Assembly: GCA_030704615.1 (NCBI GenBank)
Contig: JAKLZA010000084.1
Coordinates: forward strand, 1 to 7,387
Direction of reading: 5' to 3'
DNA: 7,387 bases
Source: Takakia lepidozioides
Lineage: Eukaryota > Plantae > Bryophyta
Shown: piece after piece, positions 5,961-7,387 of the stretch
Layout: the number at the start of each line of letters is the position of its first letter
Numbering within the stretch: position 1 is the stretch's first letter
Made by a program: the position numbers and the translations under genes
The notes under the pieces: model-generated
The model's input: only the letters and a program-made list of their open reading frames with translations
The model's database searches: none
Told to the model about the DNA's origin: nothing

Positions 5961-7336
5961 TATATCCTGGAGGATTGGGGGTACAGCAGACTAAGGTAGA
6001 GGCCATTGCACAAATTCCACGCCCCACGGATGTGAGCCGAGTTCGAGCGTTCATGGGGTTGGCAAACTATTATAGACGGTTTGTCAAGGGATTTAGTACC
6101 ATTGCAAAGGCTCTAACCAAGCTGACCAAGGTGGACCAGGAGTGGCAGTGGGAAGATGAGCAGGAACGAGCTTTTCAAGAGCTCAAGGCGAGGTTGACCT
6201 CGGCGCCTATCTTGAGACGACCTATCAGGGGGCGTCCCTTTCAGCTGCATACGGATTGGAGCATGCTGGGGCTTGGAGCGGTGCTCACACAGGTGGATGA
6301 TGAGGGAAGAGAGTTCGTAGTGGCTTACGCTAGCCGCTCGAACAACGCTGCAGAGGCTAAGTACAGCTCATATGAGGGAGAGTGCTTAGCTGCAGTGTGG
6401 GCCGTGGCACACTTCAGGTGCTATCTATACGGCAATCTTTTCACCCTTGTCACGGATCACCAGCCACTCAAGTGGTTGATGGAGTCAGACAAGCTTACAG
6501 GGAAGCTTGCACGGTGGGCACTTATACTCCAGGAGTATGACTTTCAGGTTGTGCATCGACCGGGTTTGGTCAATCGGGATGCGGATGGATTGAGTCGCAA
6601 TCCATGCATGAGCCAGCAGGATGACACTGGAGCTCGGTGGCATGGTGAGACGGACGAGGAGATGGTGCCGGGATGGCACGCATCTGCATTTTTGTGTATC
6701 TTGGCATCGGGAGGTCAGATTGGACCTACAACAGGGATGACTGTAGACGGAGTGTCTGAGGACCCTGAGGCTAGTGATGAGCTAGGTGGTGCCAGAGATA
6801 TACATGAGGATTCGGCTGTGTTGGACTACCTCCGCACGGGAGACACGGCAGCCATTGTGACTGCCAGGGAGAGGGATCGGATCCTGCAACGAGCCAAGAG
6901 GTTCAAGTGGGAGGGGATACACCTACTTCGAGTGTGGGAGGGTGGTCGGGTGAGGATTGTGCCTCACCCCACACAGCGTGCACGGTTAGTGCGGCATGCC
7001 CATGAGGAGTTGGGGCATTTTGGAGTGCGACGCACTCACAGTTTACTGCAGGGGCAGTATTGGTGGCGTGGTATGCACACAGAGGTGCAACAGTTTGTGG
7101 CTAGGTGCATGGTGTGTGACAGGGTGCGTGCTTCATTCAACGCCCCTACACCACAGTTGCATCCTTTACCCATCATGGGATTGGGCTACAGGTGGAGTCT
7201 TGACTTTGGAGGGCCGTTGCCATTGACGATGCGCCACCACAGATATGTGTTGGTGATGGTGGAGCACTTCTCCAAGTGGATTGAGTTGGTTCCATTGCCT
7301 GACAAGGCTAGTGAGGGGGCTGCGTATGCATTCTAG
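5915..7336 (+). CDS. pol: Pol C-terminal segment: RT thumb/connection, RNase H, integrase N-terminal zinc domain and start of the catalytic core
   Basis: The frame is open from at least 5915 (KCKFF...YLGH), then VRAFMGLANYYRRFVKGFS, WEDEQERAFQELK, RNase H and integrase motifs. The TAG at 7334 arises from a 1-bp loss. Confidence 0.95.
   Translation, partial: KCKFFHNQIEYLGHMIYPGGLGVQQTKVEAIAQIPRPTDVSRVRAFMGLANYYRRFVKGFSTIAKALTKLTKVDQEWQWEDEQERAFQELKARLTSAPILRRPIRGRPFQLHTDWSMLGLGAVLTQVDDEGREFVVAYASRSNNAAEAKYSSYEGECLAAVWAVAHFRCYLYGNLFTLVTDHQPLKWLMESDKLTGKLARWALILQEYDFQVVHRPGLVNRDADGLSRNPCMSQQDDTGARWHGETDEEMVPGWHASAFLCILASGGQIGPTTGMTVDGVSEDPEASDELGGARDIHEDSAVLDYLRTGDTAAIVTARERDRILQRAKRFKWEGIHLLRVWEGGRVRIVPHPTQRARLVRHAHEELGHFGVRRTHSLLQGQYWWRGMHTEVQQFVARCMVCDRVRASFNAPTPQLHPLPIMGLGYRWSLDFGGPLPLTMRHHRYVLVMVEHFSKWIELVPLPDKASEGAAYAF
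6233..6600 (+). other. RNase H domain (Ty3/gypsy type)
   Basis: Catalytic residues: D in HTDWS (6254), E in YEGECLA (6380), D in TDH (6455), D in ADGLSR (6584); also GAVLTQ, VAYASR and LARW motifs. Confidence 0.95.
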
Positions 7337-7387
7337 ATCGTGTGCTTAGCCGATTCGGTGCTCTAGCTGAGGTACTCACGGACCAAG
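7001..7387 (+). other. Integrase (HHCC zinc domain plus partial DDE core), truncated by the window end; 1-bp frameshift at 7331-7333
   Basis: H 7001, H 7016, C 7106, C 7115; first D in WSLDFGGP (7202). After the shift it reads LDRVLSRFGALAEVLTDQ with the second D at 7381. Confidence 0.95.

Larger units (their letters stand above)
934..7387 (+). mobile_element. Ty3/gypsy LTR retrotransposon internal coding region carrying an extra C5 DNA methyltransferase (gag-PR-DNMT-RT-RH-IN); boundaries not determined, 3' end outside the window
   Basis: Domain order PR-RT-RH-IN is diagnostic of Ty3/gypsy (in copia, IN precedes RT). Motifs seen: LLDSGA, RMCGDYRPVN, LDLRSGYHQ, LPFGLKNAP, YIDD, TDWS/E/TDH/ADGLSR, HHCC, and two integrase aspartates. 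Confidence 0.97.

Noticed and set aside
6600-6960. Additional (archaeal-type) RNase H as in Tat/Ogre elements
   Set aside because: The RH-IN interval is a short acidic linker plus the usual pre-integrase region; no second RNase H motif set is visible here or between PR and RT.
669-7226. Short alternative-frame and antisense ORFs (e.g. 669-860, 938-1300, 976-1518, 1985-2380, 3592-4128, 3892-4284, 5548-5784, 6996-7226)
   Set aside because: No recognisable motifs. Nearly all overlap the well-supported gag-pol frames and are expected shadows in GC-rich sequence.

Overview
This window holds the internal region of a Ty3/gypsy-type LTR retrotransposon on the + strand. The order is gag (capsid-like region, two CCHC zinc knuckles, RGG tract), aspartic protease, C5 cytosine DNA methyltransferase, reverse transcriptase, RNase H, integrase; the integrase runs off the window end. 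The standout feature is a complete DNA (cytosine-5) methyltransferase catalytic domain with intact catalytic motifs in linear order and DNMT3-like signatures. It lies in the same ORF as the protease, between PR and RT. The polyprotein is broken by about six small indels and one in-frame TAG, several at short homopolymers, so this is either a young decaying copy or an error-prone read/assembly of a near-intact ORF of more than 2,100 codons. Upstream (1-670) is a G-rich tandem array of about 13 units of about 51 bp built from a nested 10-bp subrepeat. No LTR or PBS could be identified. All calls rest on motif recognition by eye; no searches were run.
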